A stretch of DNA of 64,000 bases from a virus (IMGVR_UViG_3300027861_000021:2242-66241); one strand, 5' to 3'. Positions 48,728 to 57,684 are shown, counted from the stretch's first letter. Made by a program: numbers and translations. The notes: generated by a model not told the origin, from the sequence alone.

Positions 48728-50901
48728 GCTTTAAAACTCCAAAAATGTGGGTGAAATTCAGGTGTACCTGTCAGTGGAATGATACCACCTAGCTCGTTAT
48801 TAGTTAAGACCCATGCCTCATCGAATAAATCCTTGGCTTGCTCCTTCCATTCTAAAGGAACTTGCCAAACAGTCTCATCATGAAAGTCTGGTAGTACGGG
48901 TTTTATATGATACATCTTGTTCTCCTGTACTAACTGATTCAGATGGTACAAGTACTTGACTAGGATGAAGTGTCCTGTCCTCTGAATTAGTCTGTTGAGG
49001 ATGTCTTTTTCAAAGTCTTTTGTGACTGTGACTGGGGTTCCGAGTCCGTCAACGAAGAAGCCTTTGTTTGCTTTCCACTCTGCAACAAGTCTTTTTCTGT
49101 ACGTTGTAACTCCTTCAAATGTTTTCCAATATCCTTCCCATATTGTTGTAACTTCTGCAAGGCTAATTTGTATTCCTGACTCGATGAGGGTTTCGTGTAT
49201 CGTGTCCGGCCAAGCACCGTATTGTGAAGAGAGGTGTATGACTTTACAGATTGTTCTAATTCGTTTAGCGACTTTTTTAGCTCTCTTAATTCCGCTGCTC
49301 GTTGGATTTGTATTTGAGTATCCTGCATCTTCAATCTCCTGTTTAAACATTTCAATCTGTGAACCAATGAATAAATATACATCATTGGGTGGCCGGTTTG
49401 GTCCATATAAATTCATGTAACTGGGACAAGCACTTAACTCGGCCAGTACTACTGCTTCTAATGCGTCTATATCCATCTGCAAGAAAACGAAGCCTTTCTT
49501 CGGTATCAAGCAACTGAGATATCCTTCTGATTTAGGTAGCTGCTGTATGTTAACACCACCAGTACCACTACATCTATCTGTCTTGGTCCCACTCACCCTA
49601 AGTTGGCTATAATGAACTCCAGTTTCAGATCGGTCCAACATCTTAGATACATAGCCTAACTCTTTGTTGAGTGTGTTATACTCGGCCAGTAACTCACCAG
49701 CTCTACCAAGTTTAGGTAATACTGTCTTGTCTACCTTCCTGTTAGGCACCTCTAAAGATGTCTCTTGAAACTCCCAGCGTATTGTCGGACCTCCTGAGAC
49801 TATTATTTGGTTCTGCACTATTCGTCGTCCTGCCTTATTCCTTACAGGGAAGCCTGAATAACCTACCTTGAATTTATAGGTGTGCTCTGTCTCATATAGG
49901 CAGTCATAAAATAACCAAGCTAGTTGCTTCTTGCTGTTGGCATTGAAGTGTTGTGTATCCTTGACGGTCACTAGTTTTTCAGACCACTTGGAGTAACGGC
50001 TGCTAGGTTTACCCGTCTTCGTTTGCTTAGGAGGCATCCTATCATAGTGTTCTCTTACTGCCTGTGCATTGTACTCTTGTATGTGTACTGAGGCTGGGCT
50101 GTCTTCATAAAACTCAGTCATTAACTCAGCCATCCGGTCAGTTAATTTCTTAGAATGGGCTTCCAGTTTTTTTCTGTCAATCGTAATTCCCTCCCGCCTT
50201 GCCTCATCTATTAGGCGAATTAGGTTCTGAAAGTCACGAGTATGGTATACGTCCAACTCTGGGAATCTAGAGAGTATTGGGCTGAAGATATTTTGGTACA
50301 AGTCCCAAGTTGCTTGAGCATCCATGTTACAGTACTTTCCGAGCACTGAGTCAGGAGCATTGTGCATTTCTCCTTTGAGGACTTTACCTCTGTTATTAAC
50401 ATACCCGTTAAGGGTGAGCCACTCATCCAATTCGACATCACCTTTGTCCTCCCATCCTAGTAAATCTACCTGTAAATTCTTAAGTCCTTTGTTACCGGGT
50501 ACACCTGCGTAATCACCTTCGATCGAATTGAGTAGGCACATTGTATCGTATTGAATATTTGCGTACCTACCTAAAGCACTGTAGGTCATCCACTGTTCAT
50601 ATTGAGCACCGTGAGCTATTGTTGGTCTCATTGCCACCCTTCTTAGTATGATTTTCTTTACTCCGTCAGTTTTGTCATCCAAGTTTTTGAAGCTGAAGTA
50701 TACTCCTGCGGGGTATTCATCGTCAACAACACTTACACCAACAATTTTGTCCTCTAGTTCTAGGCCAGTAGCTTCATAATCAAAGGCTGCCAGTTTATTA
50801 GAGCTTGCCATCGGTAAATATTTGTTAACATCCTCTGTGGTAGGGTTCTCTAGTATAATGCCCTGTCTAGGGGCTGTCTTTACTGATTTCAATAATATCA
50901 T
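48724..50901 (-). CDS. polA: family A DNA polymerase
   Basis: Exonuclease DYE and YC..D; T.R.S..N.QQ.P; motif A D...LE, motif B K...L...YG, motif C HDE. Confidence 0.92.
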   Translation of the reverse strand: MILLKSVKTAPRQGIILENPTTEDVNKYLPMASSNKLAAFDYEATGLELEDKIVGVSVVDDEYPAGVYFSFKNLDDKTDGVKKIILRRVAMRPTIAHGAQYEQWMTYSALGRYANIQYDTMCLLNSIEGDYAGVPGNKGLKNLQVDLLGWEDKGDVELDEWLTLNGYVNNRGKVLKGEMHNAPDSVLGKYCNMDAQATWDLYQNIFSPILSRFPELDVYHTRDFQNLIRLIDEARREGITIDRKKLEAHSKKLTDRMAELMTEFYEDSPASVHIQEYNAQAVREHYDRMPPKQTKTGKPSSRYSKWSEKLVTVKDTQHFNANSKKQLAWLFYDCLYETEHTYKFKVGYSGFPVRNKAGRRIVQNQIIVSGGPTIRWEFQETSLEVPNRKVDKTVLPKLGRAGELLAEYNTLNKELGYVSKMLDRSETGVHYSQLRVSGTKTDRCSGTGGVNIQQLPKSEGYLSCLIPKKGFVFLQMDIDALEAVVLAELSACPSYMNLYGPNRPPNDVYLFIGSQIEMFKQEIEDAGYSNTNPTSSGIKRAKKVAKRIRTICKVIHLSSQYGAWPDTIHETLIESGIQISLAEVTTIWEGYWKTFEGVTTYRKRLVAEWKANKGFFVDGLGTPVTVTKDFEKDILNRLIQRTGHFILVKYLYHLNQLVQENKMYHIKPVLPDFHDETVWQVPLEWKEQAKDLFDEAWVLTNNELGGIIPLTGTPEFHPHFWSFKA

Positions 50902-51505
50902 ATCTAGCTCCCTTACTTATATTATCAAATGCGGTTAGGTATTGTAAATTTGTGTAATGATTCAACTCATACACCTCTGATTCTGTTTTTGCAGAGCTAA
51001 TAGGTATTATGTGATCTATGTGTAGGGCTAGATCAGGAGCAAGTAACTCTTTCATCTCCCAACTAACATCATAATTACGACTAAATGAATCTTTCAGATG
51101 TTGTTGCACTGTCTCGTAATCTGTTCCTAGTATGTCAGAAGTCTTACTTCCTTTCTTATATCCCTTAGTCTTAAAGCATTGCCATAATAGTGTGCGTAAG
51201 CCACACCTCAATTTGAATAAGGGGTCGGAGGCTTTTCTATTCCTACTGTACTCCCTGTTGTAGTGCCTTTTCTGTTCTTCCTTACCTTTTCTATATTCTT
51301 TAGCATAACTCCTTTCATGGTCTTTGTTCTCTATACGCCATTTATCTCTGTATATCTTTCTCTCCTCTTTGTGGGAAGAGTTATATATAGCCCTAGCTAC
51401 CTTATCACACTCTTTACATTGCGGCCTCAATCCATCTACGCTTGCAGACTTTTTACTGAAAAGTTCTATTCCTTTATTCTCTTTGCATTTGGTACAAGTC
51501 TTCAT
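50867..51505 (-). CDS. HNH endonuclease
   Basis: CxxC..CxxC; HIDHIIP..NHYTNLQ.L...N..KG. Confidence 0.85.
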   Translation of the reverse strand: MKTCTKCKENKGIELFSKKSASVDGLRPQCKECDKVARAIYNSSHKEERKIYRDKWRIENKDHERSYAKEYRKGKEEQKRHYNREYSRNRKASDPLFKLRCGLRTLLWQCFKTKGYKKGSKTSDILGTDYETVQQHLKDSFSRNYDVSWEMKELLAPDLALHIDHIIPISSAKTESEVYELNHYTNLQYLTAFDNISKGARYDIIEISKDSP

Positions 51506-52071
51506 TAAAATTGTAGCTCCTTTGGTAATTGCCTACGTCTTGGTTTGGGTTCTTCTACAGGTGTCTCTGGTTTATCTTCGTTGTCATTGCTGTATACCCC
51601 TTGTATCTCTGTACGGTACATCTTAATTTGGTCCTGTGCTAGAGCCTGTCTTAGTTCTGTAAGAGTCTCAGCAGTGTATCTACCTGCCTTGAAACCCTCT
51701 GGTACTCTAGTGAACTTCTGTCCACCATTATTACCAATATCTAATCTTACTTTTGAGCCAACTAAGATGGAGATACGGGTTGGGTCATCTTGTATTGCCC
51801 AAAGTCCAGAAGCATCCTCAACACCTGATGCCACTAGTTGCTTAAACAAGTAGCTCATATCTGTCTTGTTGAAATTGGCGAAAAAGAATCTCTGGCGAAT
51901 AGTTTCCCCAAAGTTGTTTTTAAATTCAATGTCTGCACTGTCATCATTTATTATTACTGTGTCTACTTCTACTGTGTGTGTTCCTTCTTTCATGTCACCT
52001 CCAAAGAATGTTGTGCTGAGGTCTCGTTCAAGAGACTCTGTTGGTTTACCTGATATGCTTTTGTATGCCAT
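51505..52071 (-). CDS. putative ssDNA-binding protein
   Basis: EG.H.V.V beta pattern; charged tail ending in F; next to the polymerase. Confidence 0.45.
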   Translation of the reverse strand: MAYKSISGKPTESLERDLSTTFFGGDMKEGTHTVEVDTVIINDDSADIEFKNNFGETIRQRFFFANFNKTDMSYLFKQLVASGVEDASGLWAIQDDPTRISILVGSKVRLDIGNNGGQKFTRVPEGFKAGRYTAETLTELRQALAQDQIKMYRTEIQGVYSNDNEDKPETPVEEPKPRRRQLPKELQF

Positions 52072-52228
52072 CACCGTACCTCCCATAGCGATCATTCATT
52101 TCTTCACCCCATATTAGTACTTCTTGTGTGTGATTAAGGAAGTAATACATAAAAGAATAGTGATATCCATCACCAAACATGATGTCCATAGTCTGTTCCC
52201 ATGCTTCCGATACGTCTTCTTTATTCAT
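52046..52228 (-). CDS. hypothetical protein
   Basis: GGAGG RBS. Confidence 0.45.
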   Translation of the reverse strand: MNKEDVSEAWEQTMDIMFGDGYHYSFMYYFLNHTQEVLIWGEEMNDRYGRYGDGIQKHIR

Positions 52229-52389
52229 TACTTCCTCCTGTTGTGTGTAGTTGTGGCTGAAGGGACTCTACTCCTTCATTTAATCCATTCGTGTGAACCA
52301 CAATTGATACGGGTCGGACCTTCCCCGACGACCTCTACGGCGATTTCTCTGGTAGTGCTCTAATATATCTGAGCTACCGTATCAATTCA

Positions 52390-52779
52390 TTACCCTATTA
52401 CTAGGTTGTGCGTTGGGTTGTTGCACGGCTCACCATCGTAACCAATAACAGCTTCACCTGCCTTGTTACGAAGTTCTGTAGTACCATCTTCATTGAAGTA
52501 GAACTTGTTGTTGCCCAAAAGCATACCGTCTGCTACATAAAAGATTGACTCTACTCCATCCTTCTCGGATGTACGTTGGTCCAGTGACCCAGCATCCTGA
52601 AAAGGAGACTCGTTATCACCAATTTTAGTTGTACGAACATTACGTACCCCTGCTTTCTTGTTGTCCTTAAATACCCAGTACTTAAGTCCAGATTCCTTGT
52701 CCTTACCTGCTAAGTAGGTGTTACCTGCTTTGCTTACGGTTGGCCAAAGTCCAATGTGTTTCTTCTTACCTTCGCTCAT
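52390..52779 (-). CDS. putative ssDNA-binding protein (DUF736-like)
   Basis: IGLW..SKAG.TYL.G motif; GGAGG RBS; follows the annealing protein gene. Confidence 0.5.
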   Translation of the reverse strand: MSEGKKKHIGLWPTVSKAGNTYLAGKDKESGLKYWVFKDNKKAGVRNVRTTKIGDNESPFQDAGSLDQRTSEKDGVESIFYVADGMLLGNNKFYFNEDGTTELRNKAGEAVIGYDGEPCNNPTHNLVIG

Positions 52780-52826
52780 ATTGTTTCCTCCAATGAGAGA
52801 TTCACCCACAGTATTGTGGGTTATTG

Positions 52827-53297
52827 TTAAAATGGTATTTCTTGTGTTTTAGTTGCTACCTTCTTACGAACCCGAGCCTTACTCTTACCTAGACCATTAC
52901 CTAAGTCTAAAGGCGTTCCCTGTCCATCTATGTAGACCTGAATGCCTAGTCCGTGCATTGCAAGACCTTTAACTAAGCAGCGTTTGGTTGCTGAGTTGAT
53001 GTCAAACACGCCCAACTTTTCGCCTCGTATTGCGTTGTTATAGTTATCCAGTACGGGTAGGACTTCAATCAGTGAGTTACCTTTGATGGTTACCTCAACC
53101 TGAACCATTGCACCAGCCTCAGTGAATGAGAATGGATTACCCTGTGGGTCATTAATTACCCTATAGCTCGCTTCTGGGTCATAGTTCTTAGCTAATGCCC
53201 AAGCTGCTGACCACTTTAGGTATGAAAGGTTCTGCTTCTGCTCCAAGTGCATTGATACATCAATCTTGCTTAAGTCTGCGAATGTTGTGTTAGTCAT
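52827..53297 (-). CDS. Sak/Rad52-like ssDNA annealing protein (DUF1071-like)
   Basis: LSYL.W..AW, V.VTI.G, LPVLD..N, RCLVK..AMHGLG..Y. Confidence 0.88.
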   Translation of the reverse strand: MTNTTFADLSKIDVSMHLEQKQNLSYLKWSAAWALAKNYDPEASYRVINDPQGNPFSFTEAGAMVQVEVTIKGNSLIEVLPVLDNYNNAIRGEKLGVFDINSATKRCLVKGLAMHGLGIQVYIDGQGTPLDLGNGLGKSKARVRKKVATKTQEIPF

Positions 53298-53802
53298 ATT
53301 TTGCCCCTTTGGCTAAGTTGTCCTCAGGAGTGAGGATTTGTAGGTTAGTGTAGTAGCAGAGTGCCACCACCTCCTCTTCAGTTGTTGCTGTTGCAATAGG
53401 TTTGATATGGTCAATGTGATGGCCACCCAGTTCTTCAATGCTACATCCATAGTTTGCTTGACAAGTTGCTTCTAAGTGGGCTTGTGCTGTCTCAAATGAG
53501 CATCCTATTATCTCAATGGTTTTGTTAGGTTTGTTCCAGTTTTTACGCTTAAAAGAATGAAGTACGGCTAGTCTTAGGTCATGTTTGAATTTGAAGAATG
53601 GGTCTGTCTTTAGTCGTTTCCTCATTGACTTACGTACTTGTACTCCCCTACATACTTTACAAGCATTATCATATCCATATTGACCACCTGTGTCTTTATT
53701 GAATCCACCAACACCTCGGATACCACCACAATAATTACACTGTAACAATTCCATATCATTCCATAAGGCATCTCTGTCTTTAGGTTTCATTCTTATTCCC
53801 AC
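53290..53802 (-). CDS. HNH endonuclease
   Basis: CxxC..CxxC; HIDHIKP..YTNLQIL...N..KG. Confidence 0.85.
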   Translation of the reverse strand: MGIRMKPKDRDALWNDMELLQCNYCGGIRGVGGFNKDTGGQYGYDNACKVCRGVQVRKSMRKRLKTDPFFKFKHDLRLAVLHSFKRKNWNKPNKTIEIIGCSFETAQAHLEATCQANYGCSIEELGGHHIDHIKPIATATTEEEVVALCYYTNLQILTPEDNLAKGAKYD

Positions 53803-53847
53803 GAACTTTATCTCCTTAATGAGTTACGGTTATTTGTTTATGTTTAT

Positions 53848-53876
53848 ATTATAGCATACCTTTATCAATTTGTCAA
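53848..53876 (-). promoter_or_regulatory. sigma70 promoter P6
   Basis: TTGACA-17 bp-TATAAT on the minus strand, extended -10. Confidence 0.85.
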
Positions 53877-53911
53877 CCCTTAATTTATAAAGGTCTAATT
53901 TAACAGAACAC

Positions 53912-54430
53912 TTATTTCCAAACACCACTTGAATCCATAAGTTCTTCCTTGTCACAATTATTACACCACCGTTTACGGCCACCACCATCTATCATAACAT
54001 GACCTGTAAGTATACAAGGTGGGGTCAGGGTCTTTAGTTTAGTTTTGTAGCCCTGTTTAGCATCCCACCATTCTTGGTAGGTTCCTTTGTGTGTAATTCC
54101 TCTATCATAGGATTCTGATACCATCCTTTGAAACTCTTCAATACTCTCAGAATCATTGTCTCGTTCGTTCGACATCTCTGCCACACCTCTGCTACCGTAC
54201 TGGTCTTGAAAGTGTTGTGCCTCAGTCTTCCATCCTCTAGTGTATAGCCAACCCTTAACGTCACTTACTGCATAGTCAAGTCCGTACATACGAGACTCTG
54301 ATAACGCATCCTTTTGATAGATAGCAGGGTCTGCACCACGCTCATCCATTCTCCACACATACCCACCAAAGGTGAAGTCATTCTCTGGATGCTTATCAAA
54401 CTCTTCTGCTGCTAATTCATCAGACATCAT
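53912..54430 (-). CDS. hypothetical protein with a C-terminal Cys/His knuckle
   Basis: C...GH..C..C; coupled. Confidence 0.55.
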   Translation of the reverse strand: MMSDELAAEEFDKHPENDFTFGGYVWRMDERGADPAIYQKDALSESRMYGLDYAVSDVKGWLYTRGWKTEAQHFQDQYGSRGVAEMSNERDNDSESIEEFQRMVSESYDRGITHKGTYQEWWDAKQGYKTKLKTLTPPCILTGHVMIDGGGRKRWCNNCDKEELMDSSGVWK

Positions 54431-54615
54431 AATAGTGTGACCCCCGCTTCCTCTTGTCCTTTGGTGTACCCAAATACATTAGAATCGAACTCCAACCATG
54501 GAGATTCATAATGTGGCGGCTCTCCATACTCACCATCACGAAGTACGTATACATTATAGTCTCCGTGGGCATTTATATACTCATTTAACTTTTCTATTAG
54601 TTCACTTGCTTTCAT
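54427..54615 (-). CDS. hypothetical protein
   Basis: MK.SELIE.L..HGD motif common in small phage proteins. Confidence 0.65.
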   Translation of the reverse strand: MKASELIEKLNEYINAHGDYNVYVLRDGEYGEPPHYESPWLEFDSNVFGYTKGQEEAGVTLL

Positions 54616-54626
54616 TACATTGCCTC

Positions 54627-54908
54627 CTAAAATGTGGTGGGGACTCTTATCTTGTCTTTTCTGGCTACTAATTCCCTGTTTACTTCTAGCAACCTAGCAT
54701 ATGATTTTTTGTGTTCCTCCTGTTGCTTGGCGGCAGCACGTAATTTAATACCATTACCCCAGTTAACAAAATTCATACATATCGAAGAGGCATCTATACC
54801 AGCAGCGGGAACTCTCTCACAGGTCCATGTGATGTCTCCATCGTCTATGTCATAGTTACCGAAGAAGCAGGTCTCACAACTTGGTCTTTCAAATATAATA
54901 TCACTCAT
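54627..54908 (-). CDS. Cys-rich hypothetical protein
   Basis: CETC..C..C; TAATG coupling. Confidence 0.55.
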   Translation of the reverse strand: MSDIIFERPSCETCFFGNYDIDDGDITWTCERVPAAGIDASSICMNFVNWGNGIKLRAAAKQQEEHKKSYARLLEVNRELVARKDKIRVPTTF

Positions 54909-55876
54909 TACAGTGCCTCCGCTATTGCCATACAACTAGCCACCCAAGCATCAAAGCCATTTCGTGTGTCAGCGTCCTTAAATGGATCGTAGAGCAATGT
55001 TTTGTTCTTTTTGTTAGTCTTACCCCAATGATCCACGTTACCGCTTCTAATTTGTGGTATCTCTTTGTTTCTTATGCAGTCAGAACAGTACTCATAGAAT
55101 GCCGTGATGCCACTTGCTGTGATATTGGTTACCTCACCATCTAGTAGTAAGTTATCACCTTCGTAAGTAACATCATAGAAACTCTGGAAGGGTTTAATCA
55201 TAAAGGGTTTACCTGTCTTCTCATCCCTCATCACTGCTCTGTGTTCAGGGTTAATCATGTGTTTCTCTTCGTCCTTGATTGCGTAAAATGGGAAGAAGTA
55301 ATTAACACGACTTGTGTATGCTAAGACCCACGGAATCTTAAAGAAGCTGGCGTAATGTGCTGCTTGTATTAGATGTTTTGAATCCACGTTACCTTTAAAC
55401 CAACTTGCTTTATCATGTGCTGAGTAAGGACTACAGATTAATTTTAGTTCTACTCCGAGGGTTGGAGTGAACTCAGTACTTAAGTAACCGTCCTCTCCTA
55501 TCTTATCGTAATTACCTAGTACAATATCAGGTCTTCCGGTAACAAGCTCGCCGTTAGGCAAGTTATACTTCATTGGAATCTCTTCTTCGCATTTGTACTC
55601 AGTACCGTTAAGGTCCAGTAACTGACTGAAACTGTCCTCATTGGTCAGACCTGCATCAAACATTAACTGTGTATCGTAACTGACAGGTGTCTGAACCCCT
55701 AGATACCTAAGTACTACTTGGCGAGGGTCGGCTCCAACAATAGAACCAGAAGCAGTAATACAACCACTACTACCACCACGCCATGTCCCCACTTTTGTTT
55801 TCTCTTTGGCAACTGCTGCCTCCTGCATGTTTGCAAACCCGTTTGTGAGTTTGTCATAAAATGTAAACTTATCCAT
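54908..55876 (-). CDS. PD-(D/E)XK exonuclease (Cas4/RecB-like)
   Basis: TGRPD, VELK, Q...Y. Confidence 0.72.
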   Translation of the reverse strand: MDKFTFYDKLTNGFANMQEAAVAKEKTKVGTWRGGSSGCITASGSIVGADPRQVVLRYLGVQTPVSYDTQLMFDAGLTNEDSFSQLLDLNGTEYKCEEEIPMKYNLPNGELVTGRPDIVLGNYDKIGEDGYLSTEFTPTLGVELKLICSPYSAHDKASWFKGNVDSKHLIQAAHYASFFKIPWVLAYTSRVNYFFPFYAIKDEEKHMINPEHRAVMRDEKTGKPFMIKPFQSFYDVTYEGDNLLLDGEVTNITASGITAFYEYCSDCIRNKEIPQIRSGNVDHWGKTNKKNKTLLYDPFKDADTRNGFDAWVASCMAIAEAL

Positions 55877-56225
55877 TATTATTCTCCAGTTCTTTTATAT
55901 GTATCTTGTATTCTTCTTGAATTGCTGTGTGTCTATCATCCTTACCTAAACCACGTTTCTCGTGTTCAATAAGAAACATCAGACAACATCCTGCATGTGC
56001 TAGGTGACTTAGCTTGGTCTCAGGGTCTTTGTCTTCTCCGTTCATGTGAGCCGAAAGGTGCCTCATTGCCGCACCATATAACCTACTCCAATCAAACCCT
56101 TTTCGCCAATTATGGTCTTCATATTTCTTTGCTCCAAATGTAAGAACTTCCGCTATTGCATTCAATGCATCTACACTTAGTAATTCCATTCGCACCTTAT
56201 CTGTATCATGTTTAGTTGCTGTCAT
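55869..56225 (-). CDS. dATP/dGTP diphosphohydrolase-domain protein (DUF5664-like)
   Basis: K.D..K.R..L, V..FGAKKY..NW.KG, RH, D.E..HLAHA. Confidence 0.88.
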   Translation of the reverse strand: MTATKHDTDKVRMELLSVDALNAIAEVLTFGAKKYEDHNWRKGFDWSRLYGAAMRHLSAHMNGEDKDPETKLSHLAHAGCCLMFLIEHEKRGLGKDDRHTAIQEEYKIHIKELENNNG

Positions 56226-56532
56226 CTGGTAGTACCTCTAAGTTATAAGTGGAGTTAAGTGTGTTAAACCTAATTGATTGATTACCTTCACAGTCACTGT
56301 AGTAACTAGCTGATGTTACTGTTGATGTTCTAATAGCGTTTGAAGTAAGGTGATAATCACGGTCTTCTTCTAAGGCAATATAGAGACACTGACCGACTAC
56401 TGGCAACCGTGCCACCATACCGACAATTCTAGGTTCGATGTAATTGTGTGTAGAACTAATCTTAGTCATTATTATTTTCTTCATTGTTATCATCTGTAAA
56501 CTCCCACGCTGGAAATAGTTTAGCAAACACAT
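56212..56532 (-). CDS. hypothetical protein (true start probably further downstream)
   Basis: IRTS.V..F.TLNSTY motif of small phage proteins. Confidence 0.55.
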   Translation of the reverse strand: MCLLNYFQRGSLQMITMKKIIMTKISSTHNYIEPRIVGMVARLPVVGQCLYIALEEDRDYHLTSNAIRTSTVTSASYYSDCEGNQSIRFNTLNSTYNLEVLPDDSN

Positions 56533-56671
56533 AAGCTGCTACAATTATTAGCATCAGCCCTTGATTGTTATTGATTGCTCCTGCTTTGTCTAGTAGATAC
56601 ATACCACTAGAGAATATCCACAGGCCACCAAGACCTGCGAATAGATTACCCTTATCTAATTTAGCTTTCAT
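56462..56671 (-). CDS. two-helix membrane protein
   Basis: Two hydrophobic segments. Confidence 0.55.
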   Translation of the reverse strand: MKAKLDKGNLFAGLGGLWIFSSGMYLLDKAGAINNNQGLMLIIVAAYVFAKLFPAWEFTDDNNEENNND

Positions 56672-56888
56672 CCTTACTCATCTCCTTTAACTCGGCCATT
56701 AACTTATTGATTTTAGCTAGACTGGTTCTAACCCTAGAAAGACGATCACCAAAGTCATTTGATTCTGGTAACTTAAACTGTGGACTACCTGATACTTTAC
56801 CAGTTACCCTTGATACAGTTAAAGATGGGTTAATGTCTGGTACTAACTTTCTCTTACCAAATATATAGGTTACTTTATCATCACTCAT
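56661..56888 (-). CDS. hypothetical protein
   Basis: Coupled; amphipathic C-terminal helix. Confidence 0.55.
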   Translation of the reverse strand: MSDDKVTYIFGKRKLVPDINPSLTVSRVTGKVSGSPQFKLPESNDFGDRLSRVRTSLAKINKLMAELKEMSKDES

Positions 56889-57280
56889 TCACATGTCCCC
56901 TTTATCTTGAATATTGATGTTGAATTTGGGCAAGCAATAGTAATAACTATCTTACCTCTATCGGATGACAAACACGTTGTTGTGCAATCCTCGCCATCCT
57001 GTCCCATCTCTCCTTTAGGGCCAGTGGCTCCCTTACCGCCAGTACTACCAGCAGGACCACTAGGGCCAACCATACCATCCTCTCCATCATTACCGTCTAC
57101 TCCCCTAGTACCGTCAGCACCGCTATTACCATCAATTCCATCCTTTCCTTTAGTTCCATTAGAGCCGCTGATTACTGTAGGAGTATCTTGTACCCCTAAG
57201 TCTGTGCCTCCTTGTGGTGTCTCTTCTTCACTGCCGCAGCTACTCAGCAATAGGCTCGTCAGTAGTATTACCAGCTTCAT
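56885..57280 (-). CDS. lipoprotein with collagen-like repeats
   Basis: LLLSS-C lipobox; run of G-x-y triplets; four Cys in the C-terminus. Confidence 0.82.
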   Translation of the reverse strand: MKLVILLTSLLLSSCGSEEETPQGGTDLGVQDTPTVISGSNGTKGKDGIDGNSGADGTRGVDGNDGEDGMVGPSGPAGSTGGKGATGPKGEMGQDGEDCTTTCLSSDRGKIVITIACPNSTSIFKIKGTCE

Positions 57281-57484
57281 CTAACTTCTCCTTTAGTACT
57301 TCATCTACATCAGTTCCAGCCCTTGCCGCCTCTTCGATTCTAAGACAGAACTCTACTGCCATGAATCTAACGAAGTTTGAAAAGCTCATGTCTAATCCAC
57401 TGTTTGAGTGTGCAATCTTCAGCATGTTAAGCTGTGGTGCATCACCCTTTTAAAATTAATCATAACTCTAGTGCTCTTACTCAT
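57240..57484 (-). pseudogene. frameshifted ribbon-helix-helix-like regulator
   Basis: GGAGG-ATG at 57484 gives MSKSTRVMINFK; the rest of the protein continues in the -1 frame after TTTTAAAAGGG. Confidence 0.55.
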
Positions 57485-57486
57485 TT

Positions 57487-57684
57487 CTAATCCTCCCAGC
57501 TTTGTGTTTCTTTGTCTATTCCTACCATATCACAGAACTCATCATAAGTGTACTTACCATCCAGTACTTCATTAATCACAGCTAACTGCCGCCTAACAGA
57601 GCGACCATCTATATCACTCCAATCACCCCGAATGGCTGACCCAAAAGCATCTAAACATTTCTTCGCCTCTTCTACATTACTCAT
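57487..57684 (-). CDS. hypothetical protein
   Basis: Early-region ORF. Confidence 0.55.
   Translation of the reverse strand: MSNVEEAKKCLDAFGSAIRGDWSDIDGRSVRRQLAVINEVLDGKYTYDEFCDMVGIDKETQSWED

Noticed and set aside
54908-55876. Cas4 as part of a CRISPR system
   Set aside because: Stand-alone PD-(D/E)XK nuclease near a Sak-like gene; a recombination role is simpler
55869-56225. Z-base (2-aminoadenine) or other modified-genome system
   Set aside because: The diphosphohydrolase domain is present, but I recognised no PurZ or other base-synthesis genes
57440-57460. Canonical programmed -1 ribosomal frameshift
   Set aside because: Not an X_XXY_YYZ heptamer in frame, and the -1 frame has TAA just before the junction; an indel is more likely
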